This document shows, piece after piece, positions 1 through 12,172 of a stretch of 64,000 bases of DNA. The position numbers and the translations under genes were made by a program. A model generated the notes under the pieces. It saw only the letters and a program-made list of their open reading frames with translations, was not told where the DNA came from and did no database searches. The stretch is from Nemertoderma westbladi. Its lineage: Eukaryota; Animalia; Xenacoelomorpha. The DNA is taken from assembly GCA_032718475.1 (NCBI GenBank), contig JAUCBJ010007173.1, positions 62,001 to 126,000 on the forward strand, read 5' to 3'. Every line of letters starts with the position of its first letter. Position 1 is the stretch's first letter.

Positions 1-375
1 TCACACCAGGGATCCCGTTGAGAAACTGAAATTATTGCAGCCAGCAGATCGTATACTGTACGATGGTTCGACGACATTTGTGTCTACTGTTGATGGTGAC
101 ACAGAACCATTCTTCAAAGTGTTAGGGAGTCGTCCTCCAGGGAGACACTTGCGCTATTCTTGTTCATTATTGTGGTTGACTATGTTCTCCGCATGTCCTT
201 AGATCATCAATATATATGATGATGGGATGATGGTAACTCCACTTACTGGCTCCAGAAGTCCAGGAATTCCACGTTGGTAGGCCTACCTAACTGATATAGA
301 CTAGAGGGAGCCCAACGCCTCCTCAGTTCATTAGAACAGGCTGCTTCTATGTTGTAGTGTTGGACTTTCTGTTAA
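1..375 (+). pseudogene. Degenerate RTE-like LINE reverse transcriptase fragment (resumes at ~1400-1420 after a MITE insertion)
   Basis: Reads ~GVLQGDTxALFLFIIVVDYVLRMSLD around 125-205. Removing 376-1399 rejoins VGLSVN|SKNTTF, equivalent to VGLHINATKTEF of the RTE copy at 61203-61934. Confidence 0.75.
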
Positions 376-1395
376 CACTTTGACTGTCACTTTATATGTG
401 TGGAATCCCACAAATTGTCACGCTAATATTTATAAATTATGGGGATTTCATTCACTTTGAGTGCTATAAAACCATAAAATAGGTTGTGTTTATGTGTCAA
501 AAAAAATTTAATCGTGACGCATATATGCGTCACTGACAATCTACAAATGGCAGTTTACCAAAATGAGTCAGTGACGCAAATATGCGCCATTCCAGTTGGT
601 GGATTCCAGTAGTGCATGATGAAATCCGAGTAAAGGCTGTAGAAATTCCACACTGCAGTGTGTCTGCAGGGTGGTGCTGGATGGAGGCAAGGTTGGTGTG
701 TCTGCAGGGTGGTGCTGGGTGGAGGCAAGGTTGGTGTGTCTGCAGGGTGGAGGCAATGATGGTGTGTCTGTAGGGTGGTGCTGGGTGGAGGCAAGGTTGG
801 TGTGTTTGCAGGGTGGTGCTGGGTGGAGGCAAGGTTGGTGTGTCTGCAGGGTGGTGCTGGGTGGAAGCAAGGTTGGTGTGTCTGCATGGTGGTGCTGGGT
901 GGAGGCAAGTTTAGTGTGTCTGTGCAATGCCAGAGGTAAAATGGAAACCAGGCTTCTATGTGGGGAGTAAAAAAGTATTGGGTGGTTATGGAGTGTACTC
1001 CCTTGGGAGTTAGTGTGGCGACATCCCTGTTTTACATGTAATAGCCAAGAGAGAAGAGCCTTTGGGTTGTGCCTGGTGTTTTCTGTTTCACACTCACCAA
1101 AACTTTATTATATATTTCATATTCTGGCACAATTACAAAGCTATCTAGTTGCCTCCAAATCCTAAATCTCGGTATATTTCTTATATTTTTTAAGACATTG
1201 TGCAGTGGTCATATGACGCATATATGCGTCATGGATGATGTCACAAAATGAATTTGGGATCTGTTCACAAGGTGGCACATGAAATTTTAACAAATCACCT
1301 ACCATTTCCTATACATCACAGTTTGAATCAATGACGGATATATGCGTCTATTGTCTACCATTTGACGCACCGGTGCGTCAAAGACAGTCAAAGAG
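376..1395. mobile_element. piggyBac-like non-autonomous element (MITE) with TTAA target duplication
   Basis: TTAA at 372-375 and 1396-1399; 13-bp TIR cactttgactgtc / gacagtcaaagag (1 mismatch); subterminal palindromes of the type tgacgcatatatgcgtca near 514, 571, 1212, 1331, 1362; interrupts an RT reading frame cleanly. Confidence 0.8.
659..922. repeat. 38-bp minisatellite (~7 copies) inside the piggyBac-like MITE
   Basis: Unit tgtctgcagggtggtgctgggtggaggcaaggttggtg recurs at 661, 699 and onward. Confidence 0.9.
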
Positions 1396-1877
1396 TTAAC
1401 TCCAAGAATACCACGTTTTATCTGAAAACCCAAGTTGCAGATGGGCTGAATCTAACCAACAAATTATTAAACAAATTGAGGAGAAGAAACGCCTGAGACA
1501 GGAAGACGGAAGACGAGAGGGGCAAGGAGATGAGGTGGTTTCCAGAGGAAACGGGAGGGAAACTCTAAGATTGATGACAAACTGTATTGATATGCCTGGA
1601 AGGCACCGCGAGGACTAAAACTAACTGTTACTCAAGGTTCACACCTTTTTATATAAGTATAAAAATTTATGCATACCATACATATGTAATCAATGGAAAA
1701 GTGCAATACGTAAATCTATAATAAATACAATGTACGTACTATAGTCAGATATAACCTTTTCCAACTATCTACTGGGACTGGGAACTAATTGACTGAAACA
1801 GGAGGACGAGACAAGGGCTCACTTACCACATATGTGCACACATGTGTGAGATAGCATGGGGGGGGGGGGGGGGGGGG

Positions 1878-2490
1878 TGTTAGCGGATCCAATCCGCTGC
1901 ACCACCCAACGAGAAAATGGGGAAATCGTGATTTACGAATCACGATTAGATATGCAATATTGCCCAACGCAATATTGCATACCAGAGGGAATAAGGCGAT
2001 ATATTGCCAGTTAGAGAGAGATACCAATACATCTCAGGGGGAAGCCAACACAGGGCCAGGAAAGATAGGGAGTGGCGAGGGGAAGTAAACCAACCACTAG
2101 TGTTGCGGTACACCATCAATTAGCGAGCATCTATTGGTAGGTCAATACAGTAGCTAATGTGTGTAATCTTCCTTGCAATCTCCATATAACTGTTGTTCAG
2201 TGTTAATTATGATTCAGTTGGCTATTATTCAGGGTAGAAGTTAAATGGTTTAAACCGTCGTCATTACTGCTGTCATTGTGCAATGCTGATTGTGCTATAT
2301 TACCCTTACTCTTACATCTGAGATCATCAACAACAATAACTGGGTTTACCCTAAACTCTATCTTTGTTACACCGGCCTTTCAGCCCCTTAACAGCCTTTC
2401 AGTGACTAAGCGGACGCGGCGACGCGTATTTCCCATTCAACTCGAAACACAGACTGTTCGGGATTCCTTGCCAACTCAGATCCCGTCACA
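1878..2490 (+). mobile_element. 3' LTR (613 bp) of a group A-related LTR retrotransposon, preceded by a polypurine tract
   Basis: TG...CA ends (tgttagcgg...gatcccgtcaca) match the reverse complement of the group A LTR ends; preceded by gatagcat(g)n as in the group A PPT; ~1440-1877 is probably a 3' internal remnant. Confidence 0.75.
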
Positions 2491-2835
2491 AGCAAGCAGA
2501 TCGTATACTGTACGATTGTACACTGTATGACGGAAAGTATTTTTGATATGAATATTACAGGGACAGGGAAGAAAGGGAATAAGTGTGTAGTAATTATTTC
2601 GTTTTTAAAATCAGAATCCCGAGGAAGTGTATTTCTTATATGTTTGCCTATGGAGGCGCGAAAAATCGATTACATACGACATTTGTGTCGAAACCATTCG
2701 AAGTGTTATGGGGAGTCCTCCAAGGAGACACACTTGCGCCATTCTTGTTCATAATTGTGGTTGACTATGTTCTACGCATGTCCTTAGATCATCATTATAA
2801 CGATGCGGTGATGGTAACTCCACCTACTGGCTCCA
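2491..2835 (+). pseudogene. Second RTE-like RT fragment, similar to 39-255, with a ~160-bp insertion
   Basis: Encodes GVLQGDTLAPFLFIIVVDYVLRMSLD; agcagatcgtatactgtacgat is shared with position ~44. Confidence 0.75.
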
Positions 2836-4959
2836 ATTATTAAACTATCAAATTATACTATAATTATTGTCTGTCCGAGAACGGAATATACGGACATAAT
2901 ACCTGAAGCAAATTAATCGGTATAACTACTGAGGCCGTAATTAGTTTATCATTCATTCGAGCTTTTTGCTGAGGGTGGGTAAGAAATTTGTACTTTCATG
3001 CTCAGAGGTTTGCTACACCGTACTTTAGTATTTATTAACATAACAAATCAATTAGTTTGTAATTTATTATATTCGATGCTCAACAACACCCACTGTCGTT
3101 TTGTTTCCACATATCATATTATTACAAACTTTCATCTTTGTAGTTTCGATACCCAATGTAACTATATTAACACTTCTAATACAAAATTCTAGAACTTACA
3201 CATTTATTGGTGTGTTTTAGACATTATTTGTTGCACAGTCTTCCCGAAGTTGAAAGAATTTATATCCATTCCCAACTGTTTTAAATCACTTTTGTAGCTA
3301 ACAGCTTGACTTTTGTAGCAGACAGGCGATAAACAGTTATATCACCCTATTGTTTAGCCAATCAGGTTTGAGAATAAGCGAGAATACATGATAAACTGTA
3401 ATACTGGTTTGTTGCCCCAGCAATATGTAAACAAAAAGCGAGAATTAATGATAAACATAATTCCAATAAAATTCCGACCGAAAAGTGAAAAACTGGTGTT
3501 ATTCACTTTCACATGTGAGAGACTTTGTGCACACGAATTTGGAAGACCCTCACATAGCAATGTATAATATTAATAGTGTTTACATATTATAGCCACAATT
3601 ATTGCAATTACCACCATAGCGCCCAAGTTAATAACTACTGTTGTATAAGTATTCATTGATTTTCCCTTTTACTTTAAAGGTTATTGATCGAAGATGCGAA
3701 CTACATTACATTCCATATGTAACACGCAATATACCAGTCTCTGTTAAACATGTTCTGTATACAGTATATACTGTAGATACAGAAGGCCTAACTCTATATC
3801 TTATAATATAATTTTTAATCTCAGTACAGGGTAGGAACTATTTTAATGGGGTTGGCGATTCGGGAAATTTTTTCCAAGAAAGAGCATGAATGACCTACTA
3901 TAATATACTACTACAGTAGTACAGTACTATATTATAGTAGATCATGGCGCATATAAAAAAACCACAGAGAGCAGTTTTACCTAAAAATTATATTGGCCTA
4001 GTTATAGCGATTTAAAACCCGAAATTAGTGTCATCGGAAAATCATGGAGTTTTGGTAAACTAAATCAGTGACGTCACGCATTTCAGAGCATCAATTAATA
4101 GTCAAACGTATTTGATTGGCTAATATAAAATATAAATAAATATTGCAATACCTTAAAAATAAAAAAGTAATTAGTGTAGATAATATTTATTAAATAATTA
4201 TTTATTACATGGGAAACAACGTAGTACATTTTTTTCAATATTCTCTCGGCCCTTTATTAACCTCACTGGCGCTCAGTAAATAAAATGCCTCGTGAATAGT
4301 GAAAAAAGTTATATTGTTCCCTCAGCTAAATTCGAAAGCCAATCAAAGCGGCAAGTAATAAGAGCTTCTCTTCAAAGGAGAAATGTCGAAACGGGTTCCA
4401 CCGTTACCTTATGAACCCGTAACAAAGGGAATTGTTTCAGTTACACATCGATGTTACACAAGGTCTACCGGAAACAGATTCTTTACAAATCTCTGAAAAG
4501 TAAATACTGTAATTAAAATTGTGATAATGTTTCTTTTTAATATTTTTCTATTGTATGTGATAATTAACTCTAGAATCCACCAATCTCGGAAGAGATTAGT
4601 TAATCAATTTAACAATCGGTCTATCGGTAGGATTTTCCCGATCAAAAAGGTATAAAATGGGCCGACAAAGGAAATAGTTTCAGTTCACATAATTTCAGTC
4701 CAGCCATCTCAGTCCACGATCGAAATGGTGCATTGCGGCTGCATTATATATATATATATATATTAATATATATTAAGAATGCTGTGCCGGCTTGTCGACA
4801 AAATGTTTCCATAGATATTTTCGGCAGTAACAAAGTCGAAGTTTAAAAAGCGCTTAAAAGTTTCCAAGTATAGTGAGAAAGGCTAAACTTATCACACTGA
4901 ATCATTTTGGTTGTGAAATGTTACAGGCATCACATTTTTCATTTATATTTTATTATGAG

Positions 4960-5910
4960 AGGAAGAAGAACATAGAACGTTATTTAATGTATGTCTAACA
5001 ATTTTGTATAAAAAAGGACCAATTTGCTATATAATATAATTGGAGTGGAAATTCAGTTAGTGATTCTTTAGATAAACTCTATGATTTTGCTTTAGCCGAC
5101 AGATTATCTAGATGGAAAAAACTAGCAGGGTACAAGCGGGGGGTCTGAAGGGCAAATCCTGTTACGGGCAGATTTTAGCTTTAAGATGATGATTATTGTG
5201 ATTATGTTGTACGTAAAATGGTTAAATTATTTATAGTGTTCATCGATTTTTCTAAAGCTTACGATAGGGTATCAAGAGCTAAACTTTTAGCAAAGCAAGT
5301 TGCTTTGGGTTGTGGACTGAATTACATAGATGAATGCTTTAAAAACATTATACCGTTAAACATATTTTCGTTTGAATACTGTAGATTTGGAGTTTAACTT
5401 AGGAGTAAGACAAGGAGCACCTACACTACGAGTTTATTTTTATTCACTTTTTACATAGATTCAGCTTTGATGTTAAATGCCTTAACATTATCTCAAACAA
5501 TTGAATGTACTTTTATTTATGGATGACACAGCCTTACTAGCAGAATCAAAATCTCAGTGTGTAGAAAAATTAGAAATTCTAAGACGTTTTTGTATATCGC
5601 ATAATATGCCAATTAATGCTACGAAAACCAAGTTTATGTTTATAAATGGTAAAATTGAACTGTTTCAAGTATGAAAATTTTAGTCAAGAATACATCTTCT
5701 TATGTTTATCTTGGTGCACATTTTAGACATGATGGTCAATTATCTTCTGCTATAAAATTACATGCGGCAGAATGTACGAAACATGTCCGTAGATTTGCAG
5801 CTTTTTGCGCGGCCAATCATAACATTCCAATTGTAAGGAAAATAAAGGTATTCGATTGTGCTTTATTACTGTAGCGTCGCTGTTATACTCGGCTAATTCT
5901 TGGTTATCAA
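4960..5910 (+). pseudogene. Highly degenerate non-LTR (LINE) reverse transcriptase fragment
   Basis: Motifs FIVFIDFSKAYDRVSR (~5230), GVRQG (~5402), LFMDDT (~5513), YVYLG (~5701), with frameshifts and stops. Confidence 0.75.
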
Positions 5911-6268
5911 GAAATGGTAGGAAAGAAATAACACGTTCGTGGGGCCATCGCGCAGGTCGAGGCTCAGTTATTAGATACAGATTAAAATTGAGCAATTATA
6001 TCCCAAAATCGGTACTTAGGAAATTTAAATAAATAATTAAAAAATTTAATCAAACTTTTACCTAAAAAAAAACTTTCGCATTGGCAGCTTGGCATCGATG
6101 TCATAGAAGTCCACAGTCAAACTACTCAAAAAATTAAATGCATTCTTCAGTCCTCGGGTCTCGATCATCGGTTAGTCCAGTTTGCCCGTAGCGCTAGCGC
6201 AGTAGCGATACCAAAAGTCGAGGTCGCCAACTACGCTACGACAGACATAGGCGGTGGCCTTGATGGCG

Positions 6269-7750
6269 ACACTGTCACATAAATGCAGTTCACCAAACTT
6301 CCCCGAATGCACACTGTCACACGAATGCAGTTCACCAAACTTCACCCGAATGCACACTGTCACATAAATGCAGTTCACCAAACTTCCCCAGAATGCACAC
6401 TGTCACACGAATGCAGTTCACCAAACTTCACCCGAATGCACACTGTCACATAAATGCAGTTCACCAAACTTCCCCGGAATGCACAATGTCACACGAATGC
6501 AGTTCACCAAATTTCCCCCGAATGCACACTGTCACACGAATGCAGTTTACCAAACTTCCCCCGAATGCACACTGTCACACGAATGCAGTTCACCAAACTT
6601 CACCCGAATGCAAACTGTCACATAAATGCAGTTCACCAAACTTCCCCCGAATGCACACTGTCACATAAATGCAGTTCACCAAACTTCCCCCGAATGCACA
6701 CTGTCACATAAATGCAGTTCACCAAACCTCCCCCGAATGCACACTGTCACATAAATGCAGTTCACCAAACCTCCCCCGAATGCACACTGTCACATAAATG
6801 CAGTTCACCAAACCTCCCCCGAATGCACACTGTCACATAAATGCAGTTCACCAAACTTCCCCCGAATGCACACTGTCACATAAATGCAGTTCACCAAACG
6901 TCCCCCGAATGCACACTGTCACATAAATGCAGTTCACCAAACTTCCCCCGAATGCACAATGTCACACGAATGCAGTTCACCAAACTTCCCCCGAATACAC
7001 ACTGTCACATAAATGCAGTTCACCAAACTTCCCCCGAATACACACTGTCACATAAATGCAGTTCACCAAACTTCCCCCGAATGCACACTGTCACATAAAT
7101 GCAGTTCACCAAACTTCCCCCGAATGCACAGTGTCACATAAATGCAGTTCACCAAATTTCCCCCGAAAGCACACTGTCACACGAATGCTGTTCACCAAAT
7201 TTCCCCCGAATGCACACTGTCACACGAATGCAGTTCACCAAACTTCCCCCGAATGCACACTGTCACATAAATGCAGTTCACCAAATTTCCCCCGAAAGCG
7301 CACTGTCACACGAATGCAGTTCACCAAATTTACCCCGAATGCACACTGTCACACGAATGCAGTTCACCAAACTTCCACCGAATGCACTCTGTCACACGAA
7401 TGCAGTTCACCAAACTTCACCCGAATGCACACTGTCACATAAATGCAGTTCACCAAATTTCCCCCGAATGCACAATGTCACACGAATGCAGTTCACCAAA
7501 CTTCCACCGAATGCACTCTGTCACACGAATGCAGTTCACCAAACTTCCCCCGAATGCACACTGTCACATAAATGCAGTTCACCAAATTTCCCCCGAATGC
7601 ACAATGTCACACGAATGCAGTTCACCAAACTTCCACCGAATGCACTCTGTCACACGAATGCAGTTCACCAAACTTCCCCCGAATGCACACTGTCACATAA
7701 ATGCAGTTCACCAAACTTCCCCCGAATGCGCACTGTCACATAAATGCAGT
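6269..7750. repeat. 43-bp tandem satellite, left block (~34 copies)
   Basis: Unit gcacactgtcacataaatgcagttcaccaaacttcccccgaat, head to tail with point variants and no spacers. Confidence 0.97.
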
Positions 7751-9507
7751 TAATAATAATAATAATAATAATAATATATATTTATATAGCGCCTTTCTGA
7801 ACATATTTCAAGGCGCTTAAAAACTATTTGAAACCAACTAAAAAGGCTACGTACAGAGAATTAATTAATAACTAAAAAGTTTGAACAATATTAAATAAAA
7901 ATCAGCAATATTCCTCTTTGTACAGGTGAGTTTTGAGTCGCGATTTAAACAGAGTCAGCGTCGTGGCATCTCTAACTTCTTGCGGGAGGGAGTTCCAGAT
8001 TGTTGGTGCCGCATTTGAGAACGCCCGTCTCCCGTAATTATGCAAGTAAAACTGCGGTACAAATAGAAGTCCCTTATCAGCAGACCGTAATTGTCGTGGA
8101 GGTACATAGGGAGTTATTAAATGGGTCAAGTAGGCAGGAGCAGCACCATGTAAACACTTGAATGTCAACAAAGCTATTTTAAATTTGATCCGTAAATTTA
8201 CAGGTAACCAATGCAAACGTTTAAGGACTGGAGTGATGTGCTCTTGTTTCTTAACGCCCTCTAGCAGTCGCGCTGCGGAATTCTGTACATATTGTAATTT
8301 TTTGATTGACTTCGAGGGTAATCCATAATATAATGAGTTGTTGCTGTCGAGTTTGTTTGTGACAAAGGCGTGAATTAAGATTTCAAGGTCATGTCTGCTG
8401 AGGTACCGTTTAATTTTAGCCAAACTTCGAAGATGAAGAAATGCATCTCGGACCGTTGAACTTATTTGATTGCTGTATGTCAGATTTGAATCCACGATGA
8501 AACCTATATTACGTGCCTTGTCGCTGCAGCTGATCAGGTCATCCCCTATTTGTATGTTAGGGGGCGTTAGTTGTTTACCGAAACGGGACTGCAGAAGGAT
8601 AATCTCCGTTTTATCTGAGTTCATTTTCAATAAATTATCTTCCATCCACTTCTTTACATCGGCCACGCAACGTTCAGTCACCTCAACAGCGACGGACGAA
8701 TTAATAGGTTTAAAACTAATGTATAGCTGTGTATCGTCCGCGTACAAATGATACGAGAGGCCGTGGCTGCGAATAACATTTGAAAGCGAACGAGTGTATA
8801 TCGAAAATAATATAGGCCCAAGTACCGATCCTTGTGGCAGCCCGTACAGCAAATCCAACCGGTTCGAATATTTTGCATTAATGCGAACCTGTTGTGACCT
8901 ATTCGACAAGTACGATCTTAACCAGTCCAGGGCGATTCCCTCAACCCCGATTTCTCGATCTAGAGTGTCCAACAGTTTAACGTGGTCGACCGTGTCGAAG
9001 GCAGCACTAAGGTCTAATAAGACGAGAAGTACTCCCGATCCCGAATCGATTTTGCGTAATATGTCGTCGCTTACCTTAAGCAACGCGGTCTCCGTTCCGT
9101 GTAAGGGTCTGTACGCGCTCTGTAAAGGTTCATACAATTTATTTATGTTCATATGAGTCATCAGCTGGTTTGCAATCACCCTTTCTGTTAACTTTGCTAA
9201 ATATATCAGATTAGACACCGGCCTAAAGTTCCTAAGTATCTCAGGGTTTAATCGTGCTTTCTTTATGACTGGTGTTAATTAACACAGCTTCCTTGAATAG
9301 AGTCGGCACAGTAGCAGTTGTAATTGATAAATTAATAATTAACATAATCACTGGTAGCAACAATTTTATTGAATGTTTTACTAATTGCGTGGGAATCGGA
9401 TCCATGGTACTAGATTTAGATTTTGAGTTCTTTATTAGCTTTTCTGCCTCATCCATTGTTATTTTATTAAAGTGTTCCAATTTGGGAATATTGTTTCCTT
9501 TACCGTT
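7751..9507 (-). mobile_element. 5'-truncated L2/CR1-group LINE
   Basis: RT ORF on the minus strand; 3' end aaggcgctatataaat followed by a (TAT)n tail at 7751-7775; upstream frame 9241-9480 has DPIP, joined by a frameshift. Confidence 0.9.
7902..9218 (-). CDS. L2-type ORF2 reverse transcriptase domain (partial, N-terminally truncated)
   Basis: LDLSAAFDTVDH, PQGSVLGPILFSIY, YADDTQLY and HITPVLKRLHWLP motifs. Confidence 0.88.
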   Translation of the reverse strand: MSNLIYLAKLTERVIANQLMTHMNINKLYEPLQSAYRPLHGTETALLKVSDDILRKIDSGSGVLLVLLDLSAAFDTVDHVKLLDTLDREIGVEGIALDWLRSYLSNRSQQVRINAKYSNRLDLLYGLPQGSVLGPILFSIYTRSLSNVIRSHGLSYHLYADDTQLYISFKPINSSVAVEVTERCVADVKKWMEDNLLKMNSDKTEIILLQSRFGKQLTPPNIQIGDDLISCSDKARNIGFIVDSNLTYSNQISSTVRDAFLHLRSLAKIKRYLSRHDLEILIHAFVTNKLDSNNSLYYGLPSKSIKKLQYVQNSAARLLEGVKKQEHITPVLKRLHWLPVNLRIKFKIALLTFKCLHGAAPAYLTHLITPYVPPRQLRSADKGLLFVPQFYLHNYGRRAFSNAAPTIWNSLPQEVRDATTLTLFKSRLKTHLYKEEYC

Positions 9508-10045
9508 TGTGACGGGATCCAGGAGGGATCCCGATTTATCCGATGTGGTATTTAGTCCACGCGTCCCCGCCGTGTATAAGAGTGAAATAAAGGTAACTGA
9601 GTTCTGAAGTTCGGTGTATAATAATAGGTTATAGGATATAGATATATTGTGAATTATACGGTAGGCGGGATACGATAACTAAAGTCCCGTGATCCCCTAA
9701 CTAAACTAATTGGCTGTACCCTACGCTAGCACTGCTGCACTGAGATAACTGAATCACTGATTAATAGGTTATTGGTTATATTGCACGGTGGCCTTACTGC
9801 TACTCAATCGATGCCATTCCCCCCTCTGATTGGTTAATACCCTTGTTGGCGCCCCGTGGAGTATTCCCGTTCACTCCACCTGTTCTCTCTGGGTTAGGGG
9901 TTTGGCCCCTGACCCTCTATTGTGTGTTTCCTTCCCACTCTCATTGGGATGGCACGAGTTGGTTAATTGCCCAATCTCGTGGCTCCCAATATTGCTTATC
10001 GGCTAATAACTTTATGGGGTGTTGGCGGGATTGAATAAGCTAACA
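9508..10045 (-). repeat. 3' LTR of element A
   Basis: Direct repeat of 19010-19547; minus-strand TATAA at ~9780 lies 30 nt upstream of a TCAGTT initiator-like site at ~9750. Confidence 0.95.
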
Positions 10046-10054
10046 CTCCCCCCC
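10046..10054 (-). promoter_or_regulatory. Polypurine tract of element A
   Basis: G-run followed by AG on the minus strand, immediately before the 3' LTR TG; same arrangement at 28387-28395 and before 1878. Confidence 0.8.
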
Positions 10055-10788
10055 ATGCTATCTTCCCGGTAAGAAGATAGCATCAACCAAAAAGTGCGTT
10101 ACAATCCTGCTGGATCCCGATCTAGTATCGGGTGTGGGGTGGAATTCTTTTCTCTTGGAGCCGGCTTTCCAGGCCGCCCCCTATGGGTATGATAACGCTA
10201 CCCTGTGTGCCTGGCGTCTCATGTCGGGCCGATCGCGTTCACCTCTTCACGCGATTTTTGTTTCCCCAACACTTTCGCCCTTGACTCTACTCTCCTCTCA
10301 CTCTACTCTCGGACTTCCTCGTCCCTCACTCAGCCTCTTATTCTCCCCCCCCACACTAGAATTGCGTTCGCACTCTCTCCGCACTTCGCACTCTTATTCC
10401 GATTCTCAACTCCACTTTGACTGTTTTATCTCTCTTGACGAACCTCCCCCCCCTCTCGTGCCGTCGCACTCAAGAAGCGTGAAATTGTCAGTTGTCTCGT
10501 CCATAGTGCCATAGTCAATTGTCCCCCAGTCCCAGTAGCTAATTGAGAAAGGTTGTATGACTATAGTACTTACTCCAAACGTATGTATTTTACTGCTAAT
10601 CACTACGTACGTACATACAAATTGCACTTATATAGTTATTTGCATTAATTAAATTTATACTTAATAATTCGTACGTTACATGCGGCGCCTTCCAGGCGCA
10701 CCACTTCCCAGTCTCAGTCTCATTCCCTCGTCCCCGGGAACTTATCTGTTCCTCCTCACGTCCTCTTCCCTGGCCCGTTTCTTGGTTA

Positions 10789-11661
10789 TCACCGCTCCTC
10801 TGGCATCATCCGCTTTCTGTTTCCGGACCTTCGCTGCCACTTCCTTGCTGATCCCGGTCTCGCTCCCCACTTCAGCGAGTTCGCTAGTTCTGCTCCGTAT
10901 TCTTCCCTAAACTTCCCCCAATCCATCGGTTTGTGGCATACGAGCCCCAATAATTGGCCCATCGCCACCGCCCCGCATTGGCCTGTGTTCTCGACCACCC
11001 CCAATCCATCCGGTGCCGTCATAGCCATAAAGACTTTCTGCATATCCAGGAGGTTGGTGGCGTCCGGACCGATGATCCTCTCCGCGTCCTCGCGAATCGC
11101 CGATCCCACTTTCGTCGTCGACTTCTCTCTTACTAAGACTTGTACCGCTTTCGGCAATCGGTCTAATTTCGGCCCGTCCTTCTTCCCATACGTCCCTAGG
11201 TCGAATAAGAAGATGTCCCCATTTGGCGCTGCCAAATGCAAGAGTATGGTCCTGGCCGACCCTGCCGTTCCTCGTCTCGAACCCGCTTCGTCTTCCACGG
11301 TTCCCTCGTCATCTAGGATCATATATCCTCCTCTGTTGACGGATTCTATGAATCTTTTCCAGTCCTTCCTCGGCGATTCCCTCGGATACTTCGGAATCCC
11401 GAACTTCGCCTCGTCTCCTTTCACCACGTAGTGGAAGTGTTGGAAGATCGCGTTGTCCAGCGACGGCGTCCCGTAGGTCCCGACCAACCGCTGTTCGTGC
11501 GCCTCCCGGAAGTGATCCTGCAGCGCTCGTGCCGCGTGACCCCTTTCCAACCTCTCGTAGTATCCTCTCGTCTTCTCCTCCGGGTGTCTTTCGGTGAAAT
11601 CCACCAATATTTCTTTTCCTCCTGACTCCGCCTTTCTCTTCCTGATCAGCTTACTCGCCAT
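10789..11661 (-). CDS. Accessory ORF: DEDD (DnaQ-like, WRN/RNase D/EXD-type) 3'-5' exonuclease, truncated before Exo III
   Basis: ILDDEG (Exo I DxE), LLHLA...IFLFDL, LPKAVQVLV, KVGSAIREDAERI (Exo II), LLDMQ and KWGARP follow the WRN-exo pattern; first ATG at 11661; no YAAxD motif. Confidence 0.7.
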   Translation of the reverse strand: MASKLIRKRKAESGGKEILVDFTERHPEEKTRGYYERLERGHAARALQDHFREAHEQRLVGTYGTPSLDNAIFQHFHYVVKGDEAKFGIPKYPRESPRKDWKRFIESVNRGGYMILDDEGTVEDEAGSRRGTAGSARTILLHLAAPNGDIFLFDLGTYGKKDGPKLDRLPKAVQVLVREKSTTKVGSAIREDAERIIGPDATNLLDMQKVFMAMTAPDGLGVVENTGQCGAVAMGQLLGLVCHKPMDWGKFREEYGAELANSLKWGARPGSARKWQRRSGNRKRMMPEER

Positions 11662-12172
11662 TCCGAACACTTCACTCGCTCACCTGTAGGGTGGTGCCTT
11701 ACCAAGGCGCAATACAGATGAGTGAAGTATTTAAGATGTTTCGTACAGTTCGACAATGGCCTACTTTCTACTTAATTGCGCCTTTTAGTCTAAATTTAAC
11801 CTAATTAATTTCGGAGCTAGTAAATCAGCCTAATTTACAATTTCCGTCCGTTACTTTTATTATGTTCTAGAACGACTTTCCTTGTGTTACCACTATTTTT
11901 CGATTTTAGCCCTATTCTATTTATTTATTTATTTTGCTTTGATTCTACTGTCCTACTACTTACTACTGCCTATGGATTTATTCTATTCTCTCTCTGATCC
12001 ATATTCTGGCCTACTCAGTGGGCCTATGCAGTACAGCAGTATGCGTCGTGTGGCCACACGATTTATCCAGCTGCACTCATATGCCCCCCTCTCGCTACTA
12101 ACTCTACTTACTGCTAACTAATATCTATATCCTATTTACCCCTTTTACCTCTTACTCTCTCTCTCTAACTAA

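Noticed and set aside
530-970. Several ~100-aa ORFs on both strands
   Set aside because: Translations of the 38-bp minisatellite.
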